From assembly GCA_951406725.2 (NCBI GenBank), contig OX597818.1:42966001-43030000 (forward strand): 64,000 nucleotides of DNA. Reading direction: 5' to 3'. The notes below the pieces were generated by a model. That model searched no databases, had not been told where the DNA came from, and was given only the letters and a program-made list of their open reading frames with translations. Of the stretch, positions 1 to 12,255 are shown one piece after another; within the stretch, counting starts at the first letter, position 1; each line of letters opens with the position of its first letter. The position numbers and the translations under genes are program-made. Source of the stretch: Octopus vulgaris (taxonomy: Eukaryota).

Positions 1-71
1 TGGTAGTGTTTCTACAACTGGATGCCCTTCCTAACGCCAACCACTCCATGAGTGTTGTGGGTGCTTTTTAC
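1..71 (-). mobile_element. Fragment of RTE-LINE 3'UTR repeat (family B), cut by the window edge
   Basis: ggatgcccttcctaacgccaaccactcc...gtgggtgctttttac matches the other family B copies (e.g. 12018-12255). Confidence 0.8.
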
Positions 72-364
72 ATTATACATTATAGTAAAGATTTTGTTTG
101 TTAATGGTAAGTATATTAGTAACATGAATTTAGTGGGTGTTACATATGCTTATGTAATAAATTCAGTAACATAATTATGTTAATAAATTCAGTAACATAA
201 TTATAATAAACTGTAATTTAAATATATGGCATTTGTTTTATAAACCAGTATTCAAGTTTAGTTCTCTCATATACAAGAGATTGAAAAATTTTTTGAATAA
301 TGGTATGTTTTTTTATAATTGAAGAATTAACCAGTGAGCTAAAAGGTTGTCAATAACTGAATAT

Positions 365-655
365 CTTTTATCTTTTACTTGTTTTAGTCATTGAATTGTG
401 GCCATGCTGGGGCACTGCCTTGAAGGGTTAGCCAAGCAAATCAATCCCAGTATTTATTTTTTAAGCCTGGTTCTGATTCAATCTGTCTCTTTTGCTGAAC
501 TGCTAAGTTACAGAAACATAAACAAACCAACACTGGTTGTCAAGAGATAATGATGGTGGTGGTGATAGTAGTAGTGGTGGTGGTGGTGGTGATAGTGGTG
601 ATAATGGACAAACACAAACATAAAGATACACATGCACATTCACACATATGTACAC
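365..655 (-). mobile_element. SINE family A, 3' half, diverged
   Basis: cttttacttgttttagtcattg...ggccatgctggggcac...ctaagttac matches the tail of the full-length A copies. Confidence 0.75.
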
Positions 656-974
656 ATCATACAGTCTACCTTTCATCCTAAAGGAGAGGCCCTTGGTTGC
701 CAGCAGAGGTAGGAGCTTCCTGAACTTTGCCCAGGCTATTCTTATTCTAGCTACTACACTCTCAGAGCAATCACCCCCACTACAGTCTTGGTCGCCTAGG
801 TAGCAGAAGCTATCAACTACTTCTAGTTTTTCCCCCTAGCATGTGATGGAATCTGTTTTCTGTACATCTTCAGTGTTTATTGCCCCTGTGCATCTGCCAC
901 ACAAAAACTATATTCTCGGTTAACCTTCCTTTGATACTGCTGCACCTTTTATGTGTACCTGTTGCTTACACTGG
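656..974 (-). pseudogene. RTE-clade LINE ORF fragment (region C-terminal to the RT core), inverted relative to the neighbouring copy
   Basis: Minus-strand translation gives ...GEKLEVVDSFCYLGDQ...SESVVARIRIAWAKFR..., preceded by a Cys-rich segment; frameshifted. Confidence 0.8.
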
Positions 975-1878
975 GTAGTTGATAGCTTCTGCTACCTAGG
1001 CGACCAAGTCTGTAGTGGGGGTGGTTGCTCTGAGAGTGTAGTGGCTAGAATAAGAGTAGCCTGAGCAAAGTTCAGGGAGTTCGTACCTCTGCTGGCAACT
1101 AAAGGCCTCTCGTTCAGGATGAAATGTAGACTGTATGATTCATGTGTGCAAACTGCCATGCTACATGGCAGTGAAACATGAGGCATGACTGCTGAGGACA
1201 TGCATAGGCTTGAAAGAAATGAAGCTAGTATGATTTGCTGGATGTGTAATGTCAGTGTGCATACATGACAGAGTGTGAGAGCCCCGAGAGAAAAGTTGGA
1301 CATAAGAAGCAGCAAATGTGGTGTGCAAGAGAGACAACTGCGCTGGTATGGTCATGTATTATGTATGGATGAGCTGTGTGAGGAAGTGCCACGCCCTAAC
1401 TGTAGAAGGAACCTGTGGATGAGGTGGTGAAGCATGACCTTCGAATATTGGGCCTGATAGAGGCAATGACAGGAGACCAAGACCATTATTGATTGAGAAG
1501 ACCCTGCAACTAAAGTGAGATTGCAGCCATAGCTGATGCCACTGTTGCATGTCTGGCCCATTTAAGAGTACCCTTGATGCGTTGGATGATATAATATGCT
1601 TGAGAAGACCTGTTGAATCAAGTAAAACCAAAATCGTATCTGTGGCCAGTGCCCCCTAACTGGCTCCCATTGAATGCATCATTCAAATGTGGTTGATGGC
1701 TTTGTCCCCTGACTGGTTCAATGCTGGTGGCACATAAAAAGCGCCATCTGAACATTGTTGATGCCAGGTCCACCTGACTGACTCCTGTGATGGTGGCATG
1801 TAAAAAGCACCATTTGAACATGGCCAATGCCAGCACCCCAATGACTGGCTCCTGTGCCTGTGGCACGAAAAAAGCACT
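975..1878 (+). pseudogene. RTE-clade LINE 3' portion: decayed ORF C-terminus plus 3'UTR with tandem ~60-bp units
   Basis: Translation VVDSFCYLGDQVCSGGGCSESVVARIRVA*AKFREFVPLLATKGLSFRMKCRLYDSCVQTAMLHGSET*...ERQLRWYGHV is typical of an RTE C-terminus, with in-frame stops. 1620-1878 carries ggtggcac(a/g)taaaaagcacc units shared with family B. Confidence 0.85.
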
Positions 1879-1880
1879 AA

Positions 1881-1939
1881 ATGAGATGTCAGTGTTTTCA
1901 TTTTTTGCATAATTTAGATGATAATTTATTCACCACACC

Positions 1940-1942
<3 letters not shown>
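1881..1942 (+). mobile_element. Terminal fragment of the maT (Tc1/mariner) family also seen at 43989
   Basis: Reverse complement of 43989-44052 (cagggtgtggtgaataaa...gacatctca); ends ...caccctg followed by (TA)n. Confidence 0.75.
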
Positions 1943-1977
<35 letters not shown>

Positions 1978-1979
1978 TT

Positions 1980-2112
1980 GGCTACTATACAACTTCCACC
2001 TACCAAATTCACTTATAAAGCATTGGCTAGCCTGGAGCTATAGTGGAACATGCTCACCCAAGGTGCAGTGGGACGTGGTTGGAAAACAAATTTCTAAACA
2101 ACATAGGCATAC
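1980..2112 (-). mobile_element. SINE family A, 5' part, old and decayed
   Basis: ctaccaaattcac...gctatagtggaa...cccaaggtgcagtggga aligns to the A head and core. Confidence 0.6.
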
Positions 2113-2124
2113 TGAATTATATAT

Positions 2125-2173
<49 letters not shown>

Positions 2174-3531
2174 TGGAAAAAGGGAATTGCAGTGTCTGTG
2201 CATTTTAGAGACATAAATTATACTTTCCTGCTGAGAAGCTACAAACATGTCACACAAAACTTTTATATCCCATTATAGTAAATATAGTTATTGTAAATTA
2301 TAGCTTTTAATTCTTTGCATCCTCTTTATACCTAATGTACTAAATGCATAAAAACTAGTGTTGGCAGTGGTTTTCTTCCTTCATATGCTTTTTATCTTTT
2401 TCATGTTTACATTTCTAGTGTTAATATAAGAAACAATAGAAAAATTTAAGTAATTTTTCCCTTTTTTAAAAATTTTTTCTTTATCTTTCTAATAACAGTT
2501 TATATCTGTTTTTCATATATCTTAATCAGTCTGCAGTACAGCATCTTTAGATAATCATTGCAATTAAGCTGAATTCTCTTAGATAATATCTACTTGTCTC
2601 TAAATTTTCCCTTGGAGTATGTTATTTTCTTTTCTTTTCTTTTTCTTTTTTTTTTTTATGTAAAACAGAAAGAAATTGCTATTTCATTTCAGTAGAATTA
2701 AATTTCAAGATTACATCTTAGGATAGTGATTTTCGAGACATTGAGAGTAAAAGATAAATGCAAATTATAACTATTTTAATGATAATAACATTGAGCTTAA
2801 TATAAATAAAACAAAGGAAAATAAATAATATTAAAAAATGCAAAGTATTAAAATTTTTTTTAAACTGCAAAATTAATGTATTTCATTTTTGATATTTATA
2901 AAGAGAATTATATAGTTCTACAAACCAGTCTAAATTTAGCTAAAATAAATCAACATTTTAAAAATATATTTTCCAAAATTAGAAAAGTTAATACTTTCAC
3001 TATTTTTATCCATATCAATTATATCGAACCAGTAAAGGAATTGCTATATAAATGTAATATTGTTTTTTGACTTGCTGAAGAATCGAGTGCTAATTAAATC
3101 TTACTTGACAAAATACGCTGGATTTTTAGACTGGATGTCAAATGTTTTTGATCGAATAACTTAGGAAAGTATGCTTTTAACAATGGTGGGATGATTACAA
3201 CAAGGGCATACTGATTAAAAAAAAAACTTATCTGCAATGGCTATCTTAATGTCATTAGTCAATTTAACCTAAGTCAATTTGAAATGAGTCAGTAACAACA
3301 ATCATCGATTATACAAACATATTATAAAGCCATTAGGTGATGCTTTTGTATTAGATTGATTATCCTTGGCTCTCACTGTCACTACTCTTATCATCAATAG
3401 CTTCAACAGTGACCCAACGAGAAGACTAGACTATATGTGGCCACATAACCTACTAGAAATAATAGCAAAATCTTCATTACATCATGTCTTAGAAAATGAA
3501 GGTCACATTAGACAATATAATGTGTGAATAT

Positions 3532-3957
3532 AGGCGCAGGAGTGGCTGTGTGGTAAGTAGCTTGTTTACCAACCACATGGTTCCCGGGTTCAGTCCCACT
3601 GCGTGGCACCTTAGGCAAGTGTCTTCTACTATAGCCTTAGGCCGACCAAAGCCTTGTGAGTGGATTTGGTAGACGGAAACTGAAAGAAGCCTATCGTGTA
3701 TTTGTATATCTATATATATGTGTGTGTATGTGAGTGTTTGTATGTCTGTGTTTGTCCCACTAACATCACTTGACAACCAATGCTGGTGTGTTTACGTCCC
3801 CGTTACTTAGCGGTCCGGCAAAAGAGACCGATAGAATAAGTACTGGGCTTACAAAAGAATAAGTCCCGGGTTCGAGTTGCTCGATTAAAGGCAGTGCTCC
3901 AGCATGGCTGCAGTCAAATGACTGAAACAAGTAAAAAAAAAAAAAAGAGTAAAAGAG
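3532..3957 (+). mobile_element. Full-length tRNA-derived CORE-type SINE (family A)
   Basis: Head aggcgcaggagtggctgtgtggt (A box), ggttcagtccc (B box), CORE-like gcacctt(a/g)ggcaagtgtctt, central (TA)n(TG)n, tail ending gtaaaagag. More than 10 copies in the window. Resembles described octopus tRNA-derived SINEs; the exact family name was not verified. Confidence 0.9.
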
Positions 3958-4621
3958 ATATGTAAAACAGCAGAGCAGAGATGACTGGAATGCTTTTGAT
4001 GGAAAGCTTGTTGTAGTCATCTGATTGATACTGATAATATAAATGGTAGTATTACACTAATACAAATACTATTTAATAAGCATCGGACAAATTTTTTCTC
4101 CATTATTATTGCAGGTATCTTGGATTTCACTTGGTGAAACATATCTTTCTTAGATTAAATGTGTAGTTTTGTATGTCAGTTAGATATACTTACACTACTT
4201 CAACCAATATTCGAAAAACAGATGAAGATCTAACTGTAAACAGGAATTCCACCTGCTAGTGATGCTATCAAAGTTATACATTTTACCAATTGACTTTCTA
4301 AGTACACCGTTTAATGGTTTTAACTTATGGCAGCCCATCTGATTATAATTTTCTACATATATTTTCATTAATGTTTTACTATTTTATTCCATTTGCAACA
4401 GATGTGTGTGTGTGTATGTGTGTGTGTGTATGTGTGTGTGTGTGTATCTGTCTGCCTGTCTGTCTTCATGCTGATATATATATATTTATATAAAATTTCT
4501 GATCCATGTTAGCAAGGAAGATGGATGTTAAATGATTATATATATAATGATCATCATTTAATGTCTGCTTTCTATGCTGGCATGGATTGGACATTCTCTC
4601 TTTCTCCCCCATCCTTTTCTC

Positions 4622-4661
<40 letters not shown>

Positions 4662-4664
4662 ATA

Positions 4665-4970
4665 TCACGTGATCACATGACCAACCAGACCATCAGATCT
4701 TGCTACACATCGCTGGTCGCAATGCGTTCGCATTGTTTTAGCCTTCAAATGATGCCACCCCGCTGGCTAAGCGAGCAGGCCAACAGAAGAAAGAATGAGA
4801 GAAAGTGTGGTGAAAGAGTACAGCAGGGATCACCACCCCCTGCCAGAGCCTCATGGATCTTTTAGGTGTTTACGTTCAATAAACACTCACAACGCCAGGT
4901 CTGGGAATCGAAACCGCGATCCTACGACTGCGAGTCTGCTGTCCCAACCACTGGACCATTGCACCTCCAC
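4665..4970 (-). mobile_element. tRNA-derived SINE family D (tail variant 1)
   Basis: Minus-strand head gtggaggtgcaatggtccagtggttggg...ggtttcgattccc (A and B boxes), shared with 41878-42266; the 3' tail differs. Confidence 0.85.
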
Positions 4971-5009
4971 ACACACACATATATATATATATATATCTAT
5001 ATATGTAAC

Positions 5010-5200
5010 TACATGTGGATAGTTGGCGATTTTTCTTTCCTCCGTCTTTTCTTTTGGACTTTCGTCTTTCACCTGTTTCCAAAGAAGAGCTTTGCTTGAA
5101 ATGTAAAACATCCTTTCTTTCCTTCCCTGAGCGACTTATTTATACTTTGCATGCACCACATCCTCACATTGTTTTTTTCTTGTCTTTTTTCTCCATTTTA
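5010..5200 (+). mobile_element. Penelope-like element terminal remnant containing a decayed minimal hammerhead motif (5074-5110)
   Basis: tgttt-ccaaaga-a-gagctttgctt-gaaa-tgta-aaaca fits the minimal type I hammerhead layout after CpG decay; flanked by (TA)n. Confidence 0.55.
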
Positions 5201-5212
5201 TATATATATATA

Positions 5213-5510
5213 ATACAAAATGGGACAAGAATGCAAAATCCGGACAACTAGGTGATACAAAAAGGGACAAAACATCCAGATAGACAATACAAAAAAATAA
5301 GACGGGTCATTCGAAGTTTTCTATCTTCAGTCAAGAACCAGATTATCCTTGCAATTTCCACTTGCAAGGATAATCTGGTTCTTGACTGAAGATAGAAAAC
5401 TTCAAATGACCCGTCCTTGTTTTCTTTGTATTGTCTATCTGGATATTTTGTTGTCCCTTTTTGTATCACCTAGTTGTCCGGATGTTTTGCATTCTTGTCC
5501 CATTTTGTAT
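5213..5510. repeat. ~300-bp near-perfect palindrome (arms ~142/149 bp, 7-nt loop tttccac at 5355-5361) between (TA)n tracts
   Basis: atacaaaatgggacaagaatgcaaaa...gattatccttgcaa / ttgcaaggataatc...ttttgcattcttgtcccattttgtat are reverse complements with few mismatches or indels. Confidence 0.95.
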
Positions 5511-5512
5511 CT

Positions 5513-5547
<35 letters not shown>

Positions 5548-5569
5548 CAGTGTGCGTACATTTTGTTCT

Positions 5570-5612
<43 letters not shown>

Positions 5613-5692
5613 GGGGGAGAGAGAGAGAAAGAATAATGTTTTCACTGTTGGAAACATCTCTCTTTTATGCTAAGCTTTCACGCTTTGGTCTG

Positions 5693-5855
5693 GATGCAGA
5701 CATGGCAGTGTGGTTTAGAAGTTTTCTTTTCAACTGTATGAGGTTAACCCTGATGTACAAAACCTTGGGCAACTATCTACTACTGTAACCTCAGGTTTAT
5801 CAAAACTATGCGAATGAAATTTGATTGACAGAAATTATGTGGAAAACTGTTGTAG
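5693..5855 (+). mobile_element. SINE family A/C head, old and decayed
   Basis: gcagacatggcagtgtggtttagaag...accttgggcaactatctactactgtaacc. Confidence 0.55.
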
Positions 5856-7262
5856 AGATTGTTCCTGTTCTCGCCTCGTTTAACACTGGCTCTTTGTGTG
5901 CCTTTACAAAGTCTACTTTTTGCATTTGACCAGATCTATGGCCTAAGGATAGTTTTCTCCCTACCTCTCTCCAATCTCAGAGGCCCTAACAAAATCATAA
6001 AACAGAGGTTCTACATTATGTATCTGCTTTTGTTGTTGCACTGGACTTTACTCTCTCAAATTTTCTTACTTAATTTACTATTGAAACTATTACACCATAT
6101 TTGCTCATTCTTACTGTGTTTCCTTCATAATTCTCTGATTAGCAATATTTAATATTTTCTTTATTTGTATGTGTTTAAAAAAAAAAATTTTTTTTAAAGA
6201 ATCAAGCAGAAGAACTGTGTCTGTATTTTCTGTTATATTTCCTGGCAAATCTAAAGATAATATTGATTTCTGTGTTAGACAGAGAACAAAAGATGTACAC
6301 AAGATTAGTTTCATTCCAATATGAATTTGTCTCTCCAAACTCTTGTATGCAGTTCCTCATTTTGATTTCATTTTGAATACTTGTTAAACCCATCTTCCCT
6401 TGAACTGTAATTTCTCTGTGGCTACTAATTTGAAATTTAAATTGACCAATAACAGCACCTGCATATTCTTACTCCCCAGTGTTGTAGAGTTTTATAAAGG
6501 CAAATATGTATTGTCCATCACGAAACCAGCTACTGGAAAAATAGCTCATGGAGAAAAACTAACTTCAAAAATGTAGAAGACAAAATCAAATTTAGATCTA
6601 AGTGTTTGGTAATTATATTAGCGGTAGCAAAATAATTTTAAGTTAACTAATCAATTTTGTTTTTAATCAAGAAGTATTATTTCTAAGTTGAGTTTTTAAC
6701 CTAGTTTCAATTTCAAGCTTTAAGTCTTTAAAAAAAAGCAAAAATCCCTCAATGAGCTTTCTTTCTGTAGAAATTTCTGCTTCCATGCCCAAGTATCTTG
6801 AACAAGGCATAAAAATATTTAAGACATTTCACAATACATTCCACAGACTGACATCAATGGCTTTCTAATTAATTATAATTATAACAAGAAAATTACTTTG
6901 CAAAATCACCAAGAAGTATTAGCCAACAAATGGCTGTGTTTGGAATGCTGGAATTGTAAACTGTATATCATATAATTTTACCAACTGACTATTTTGAAGT
7001 ACCTTGTTTAATAATTTTTAACTTGTTCAACAGACTTGTTCTTAGGAAAGAACTTTTGAGGTTTACTAAATGCTAATCAATCTATCATAAATGAAAATTT
7101 GTTCTTTGTTTTTCCTATATAGAAATGTTGTGTATATAAGGTATAGTCTAAAAGACTGGATTATGGATAATCATATTTAGCTATTAAATATTTGTAATTA
7201 TGGCTTACATATTCTATGTTATTATTTCAAATTCATTATTAAAACAAAGCATAACTGCATGA

Positions 7263-7672
7263 AGGGGAAGATATGGCTATGTGATTGAGATGCTTGCTTT
7301 CCATCTATGTGATCTTGGGTTAGTCCCATTGTGCAGCACTTGTGTAAATGTCTTCTGCTAAAGTGTTGGATGCTGACCAAAGATTTGTGAGTGGAATTAG
7401 TAGACAGAGAAGTTTGTCATATGTATATAACTGTGTGTGTGCGTGTATTTGTGTACCCTTCTCTTAACATCACATCATGGTTGTAAACAAGCAATGTTGT
7501 TTGTTTCCAGTCTTCTGTAAAATTATGTCTGGTTCGGGGAAATATTACTTTGCTTGGAAACAGGTGGGAACTGGTGACAGGAAGAAGGCATCCAGGCATT
7601 AAAAAATGTGCCTCAACAAATTCCCATCTGACCCATGCAAGCAAGGAAAAGTGGACATTAAAATGATGATGA
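7263..7672 (+). mobile_element. SINE family C: A-like tRNA/CORE head plus RTE-LINE-derived 3' tail ending (GAT)n
   Basis: Head atggctatgtg...tagtcccattgtgcagcacttg; tail gaaggcatccag...acccatgcaagcaaggaaaagtggacattaaaatgatgatga equals the family B terminus. A second copy lies at 50675-51070. Confidence 0.75.
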
Positions 7673-8006
7673 AATTTTTATTTTCAATTCCTCCCCTAAA
7701 ACACTTCAAGATTATGTAAGAAACTGTTGCATTAGTTATTTTTTTTATCATTCTACTCAGTAGTTAATTATTATCATAATAATAATTAGTATAATAATTA
7801 TTATAATGCTTAGCAGCATGGTTTTAAAACTGTACTAATTTTTAGCTAACACTACTTGTTTAATTGGGTACACCAGGTAAATGTAAGCAAATATCTGTGG
7901 CTAGAAAGAGAGAAAGTGATTAAATTTCTTTTGGTCCTATTTGGGACATTCCTCAGGAATAACACACCTATGTGTTATCTCTCTATGGAGACATTGTATG
8001 GATGTG

Positions 8007-8041
<35 letters not shown>

Positions 8042-8577
8042 ATACTTGTTTGTTTCTTTGGGGTTTATTTTAAGTTCATTTCCATTTCAGGCCAGTCACT
8101 AACATAGTGGTAAGGCTTAAGACAGCTGTTAGGCTTTGTGATTATCTGACTTGGTTGATGTATGCATATATGTGTATATGTTGTGTGTGTGTGTGTGGAT
8201 AAACTTGCACTTGTAGGTAGGTGTGTCATGATAAAATACATGTGTGTATCTTTCATTTCTGTTTATGTGTGTTCATGCATGTGTACTCTATATGTATCTG
8301 TGATCGTGTGCTTATGTTCACCCAGGAATCTTCATATGAAAAACCCTTGAAATATTTTACATATTTTTACTGTGCCCATAATCCATTGTATCTAGAGAAT
8401 ATGAATCAGTCAGCTCAGTTCTTTTTAAGAGAACCCAAGTATTTTCAGGTTTAATGCAGACCTGTTGTTATGTAATCTATGCCAACAAGGGTGAATGAAA
8501 ATCTATATCCTGGATATGAGCTGTTGATTTCTCATCAGTTCTTCAAGATGTTCTCCTTTTCTCCAGTTTTTTATGAA

Positions 8578-8974
8578 ACTCTTACTCTCTCTTTTACTCT
8601 TTTACTTGTTTCAGTCATTTGACCGGCCATGCTGGAGCATCGCCTTTAGTCGAGCAAATCGACCCCGGGACTTATTCTTTGTAAGCCTAGTACTTTTTCT
8701 ATCGGTCTCTTTTGCCGAGCCGCTAAGTGACGGGGACGTAAACACACCAGCATCGGTTGTCAAGCAATGCTAGGGGGGCAAACACAGACACACAAACATA
8801 TACATATATACGACAGGCTTCTTTCAGTTTCCGTCTACCAAATCCACTCACAAGGCATTGGTGGGCCCGAGGCTATAGCAGAAGACACTTGCCCAAGATG
8901 CCACGCAGTGGGACTGAACCCGGAACCATGTGGTTGGTAAGCAAGCTACTTACCACACAGCCACTCCTGCGCCT
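8578..8974 (-). mobile_element. Full-length SINE family A (young)
   Basis: Near-identical to the reverse complement of 3532-3957; ends ccactcctgcgcct. Confidence 0.92.
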
Positions 8975-11004
8975 ATTTGCATCTACATTTGCATCTACTA
9001 GGCAACTCATCTCCAAAATGCAGCATGGCCTTTTCTCCTTCTCTCATACAACTATATCTGGTGTTCAGAAACTTCACTAAACCAGAAAACCCAATTTGCA
9101 TAAATAGCATGTAGCTGGCAACTACTTCAATTAATTAATTATTGATGCCCTAAGCAGTGTTTTATTGAGACTATAATTGTATTATCTAGTGTTAATTATT
9201 ATTATAATAATAATAATTAGTATACTTGTTACAAATTTCAGCTGACATTGTGTAAGCTATTGGGTACATTAGACAAATATAAACAAATGCCTATACAATC
9301 TCTCCATGGGTAGAAAAGTAAAATCTACATAGTTATTTTGTGACATGTGAATAGCACTGGGTAGTAAAAGAGATGAGCTACTTTTGAGTTGAGTCGATAA
9401 CCCAGTTATAGTTTGAGATTGAAACTTTTATCACTCCACTTACACCCCTGATGCCCTTGAGAAAAATAATAACTTAATATTCCTTTACAAATGTAAGGTC
9501 TTATATTTAGCCAAGAGAAATAAATGATTATATTATCTAATATAGAAGTAGAAGAAAGTTGTAACATCGCTTGTGGGATTTGAACATCATATCTGCTGTA
9601 AACCATATAGCTGTGTTAACTGCTAGACCAAAGTGACATCACAATTCTTAACTGCCTGAATTATTACATTCAAATGAAATAGCTACAATAACATACTTGT
9701 GACCTGTCTAATGGGGACCTCGGTACATACAGTATTCACAGTATATTGTATTACAATCTATTCATGTTATGCACATTAGTTGTGTAAAACTAAAATAGCT
9801 GTGTGGTTACTGGATATTGAAATCAATGGTTTTGTGTTCAAATCTACAGCAGAAATTGTGTTGTTTACTTGGGCAATTGCACTTAATCTGTGTCCCACTT
9901 CATCTAGCTGTCAAGAATAGGTACCAGATAATCTGGGAATGTTATCTGCTGTTGACAGTATCCTCTCCAGAGGAATATTTGTCTCCTCTGTTTAAAGACA
10001 TGAAATCAGATCTATGCACCACCCTTTAAAAGCACTTTGAGGATTAGCAGAAATTTACATTTATATATTACATTTACATTAGATATTATAAGTAATTTCT
10101 AAAAATAATAATGTATACTAATATAAATGGTTTGAATAGATGAGGTAATGTCAAATTGTCAACTATGTAAGATTTATGATCAAATCTTTAATTCAGCCAT
10201 ATTGTTTATATTAATGTTATATATGCATGTTATGTATGTAATATTTTTAAGCTTAAAAATATTATATAAATAAACTGTAGTATAGTGCTGTTTCTGTTCT
10301 TTCTATTTACATAGTTCAATAGATTCTTGGTTAAGATAAACAAGTAACTTGTCAAAGGGGTAAAAAAACATTGAAATTTTTAAAGAATCTTAATTCAAAC
10401 CATATTGCACTTCCTGCATTCATTTGTGAACTATGAGATTGTGTTACATAAGTTTTAGTCAGCTGATCAGGAAAATGAGGAAAAATATTTGGAAAACGAC
10501 TGCCTTTTAAAAAATAAAAAAGTTAATTAAGAATGGCATTTCATGGTATGTGACACAGTGAAATGACAGTGAAAATGGGAATAGTTAATAGTAACCCCGA
10601 AGAAGGAGTGAAAAATGAATGTTGGCATAGTATCTTTATATGGCTTGGCTGGAATAAAATATATTAGTAATTACAAAAGAGCTATTTTGAGTTTTATTGG
10701 GAGGAACTATATTACATAACTTTTATACTATACTGTAAGTGGTCAATTGCTTGCAGCCAGGAGCCATTGTAACATTTTTAGCAGTTTGCTTAAAGAAGAA
10801 CAGAAATACTAAAAACAATACTTAGATTAATTCTAAATTATATCTTATAGTATGTCACAGTTACAAAAGAAAATATGGCTATAATTGTATATTTCCATTT
10901 TGACAATGCACCACACCAATTTTTTTAAGGTACCAGAAATACAATACTACTTAGTTATTTTATTAACTCGTAAGCCAAAGTTGATTCTTGCAGGATATTA
11001 ACTT

Positions 11005-11455
11005 GTTGTTGTTTAGCCCAAGTCAGCTCTAACTTAGCAGACCTATGATCAAAGGTGTTCTGAGAGAAAAGTATATGCTTAAGTAATAATGTTTGCCTTT
11101 GTGCTGTGGACAGGTGAACAGTGTATTACCTTCTGTCTTGGTACTGCACATCCATATGCTTTAAACAAATGACTTACCTTCCTCTAGCAGCATATCTCCA
11201 CTCACATAACCACACATCACATATACACAGCTGCCTCACACACCTCATACATACATCATTATACACAGCCATTGAACATTGATATAGAATCCTACTGATT
11301 CCCACTATTCATTCACATACAAGCAATATGTTACACTTAGAACAGTTTCAGCCTTTACTGGGCAGACCTATAATCAAAATTCTTTCCGATATAATCTGTC
11401 GGGACTATAATATTCATTGTCTTCATTTTTCAAGATGGCAGGGTGTGATTTGAAA
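11005..11455. repeat. Fragments of an old interspersed repeat (family F), also at ~3420-3520, 23820-24000, 56675-56845 and 57320-57460
   Basis: Recurring gttgttgtttagccc...cagacctatgatcaaagg and gggtgtgatttga(g)...gattt motifs; class not determined. Confidence 0.5.
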
Positions 11456-11487
11456 AATAATAATGGGCATGAGTCTATTTTTACTGG

Positions 11488-11730
11488 AGATATATGGCTT
11501 AGTGGTTAAGGTGTTGGACTCATGATCGTAAGATTGTGGTTTCAATTCTTGGACTGGGTTATGTATTGTGTTCTTGAACAAAACACTTTATTTCATGTTG
11601 TTCCAGTCCATTCAGATGGAAAAAATGAGTAATCTTGCAATGAACTGGTATCCCATCCAGGGAGGAATATATATATCAGAGAAACCGGGAAAATGGCCCT
11701 ATGCTCCTTATGGAGTAAGGTGGACTAACC
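11488..11730 (+). mobile_element. Old tRNA-derived CORE SINE with a D-like head
   Basis: atggcttagtggttaaggtgttggactc...ggtttcaattc (A and B boxes), followed by CORE-like gtgttcttgaacaaaacacttta. Confidence 0.65.
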
Positions 11731-12017
11731 ATGACTTTATGTATAGAAACTTCAGAAAATGGAATTAGTAAACTTTTTACTTGTTTAGCAGAAAAGTTCC
11801 AGATGCCAAATAAAACAATTAATATAGCTCTTCTATAATTTTACAATAATATTACAATAAGTGATGGCTAGTTTGCATTATTCAAGCCAAATTACACTGA
11901 GAAATTAATGAAAGTAGAATCCAGGGAAATTAGTGTCAGCAAATAATAAGGATAAAGATAATCCAAATTAAGTATAATTCAATCTAGATGTCTGCATTTA
12001 CAGTCAGTGTGATAACT

Positions 12018-12255
12018 CATCATCATCATCATCATCGTTTAGCGTCCGCTTTCCATGCTGGCATGGGTTGGACGGTTCAACTGGGGTCTGAGAAGCCAGA
12101 AGGCTGCACCAGGCCCAGTCTGATCTGGCAATGTTTCTATGGCTGGATGCCCTTCCTAACGCCAACCACTCCATGAGTGTTGTGGGTGCTTTTTACGTGC
12201 CACCGACACAGGTGCCAGACGAGGCTGGCAAACGGCCACGATCGGATGGTGCTTT
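12018..12255 (-). mobile_element. Family B: 5'-truncated RTE 3' end with (GAT)n tail
   Basis: (cat)n cgtttagcgtccgctttccatgctggcatgggttggacg...gggtgctttttacgtgccacc. Confidence 0.9.

Noticed and set aside
155-205. 26-bp tandem duplication (taataaattcagtaacataattat)
   Set aside because: An ordinary slippage duplication in AT-rich DNA, with no evidence of function.
5385-5420. Hammerhead within the palindrome arms (CUGAAGA...GAAUGACCCGUC)
   Set aside because: GAAA is replaced by GAAU or AAAU, and no stem I pairing could be drawn.
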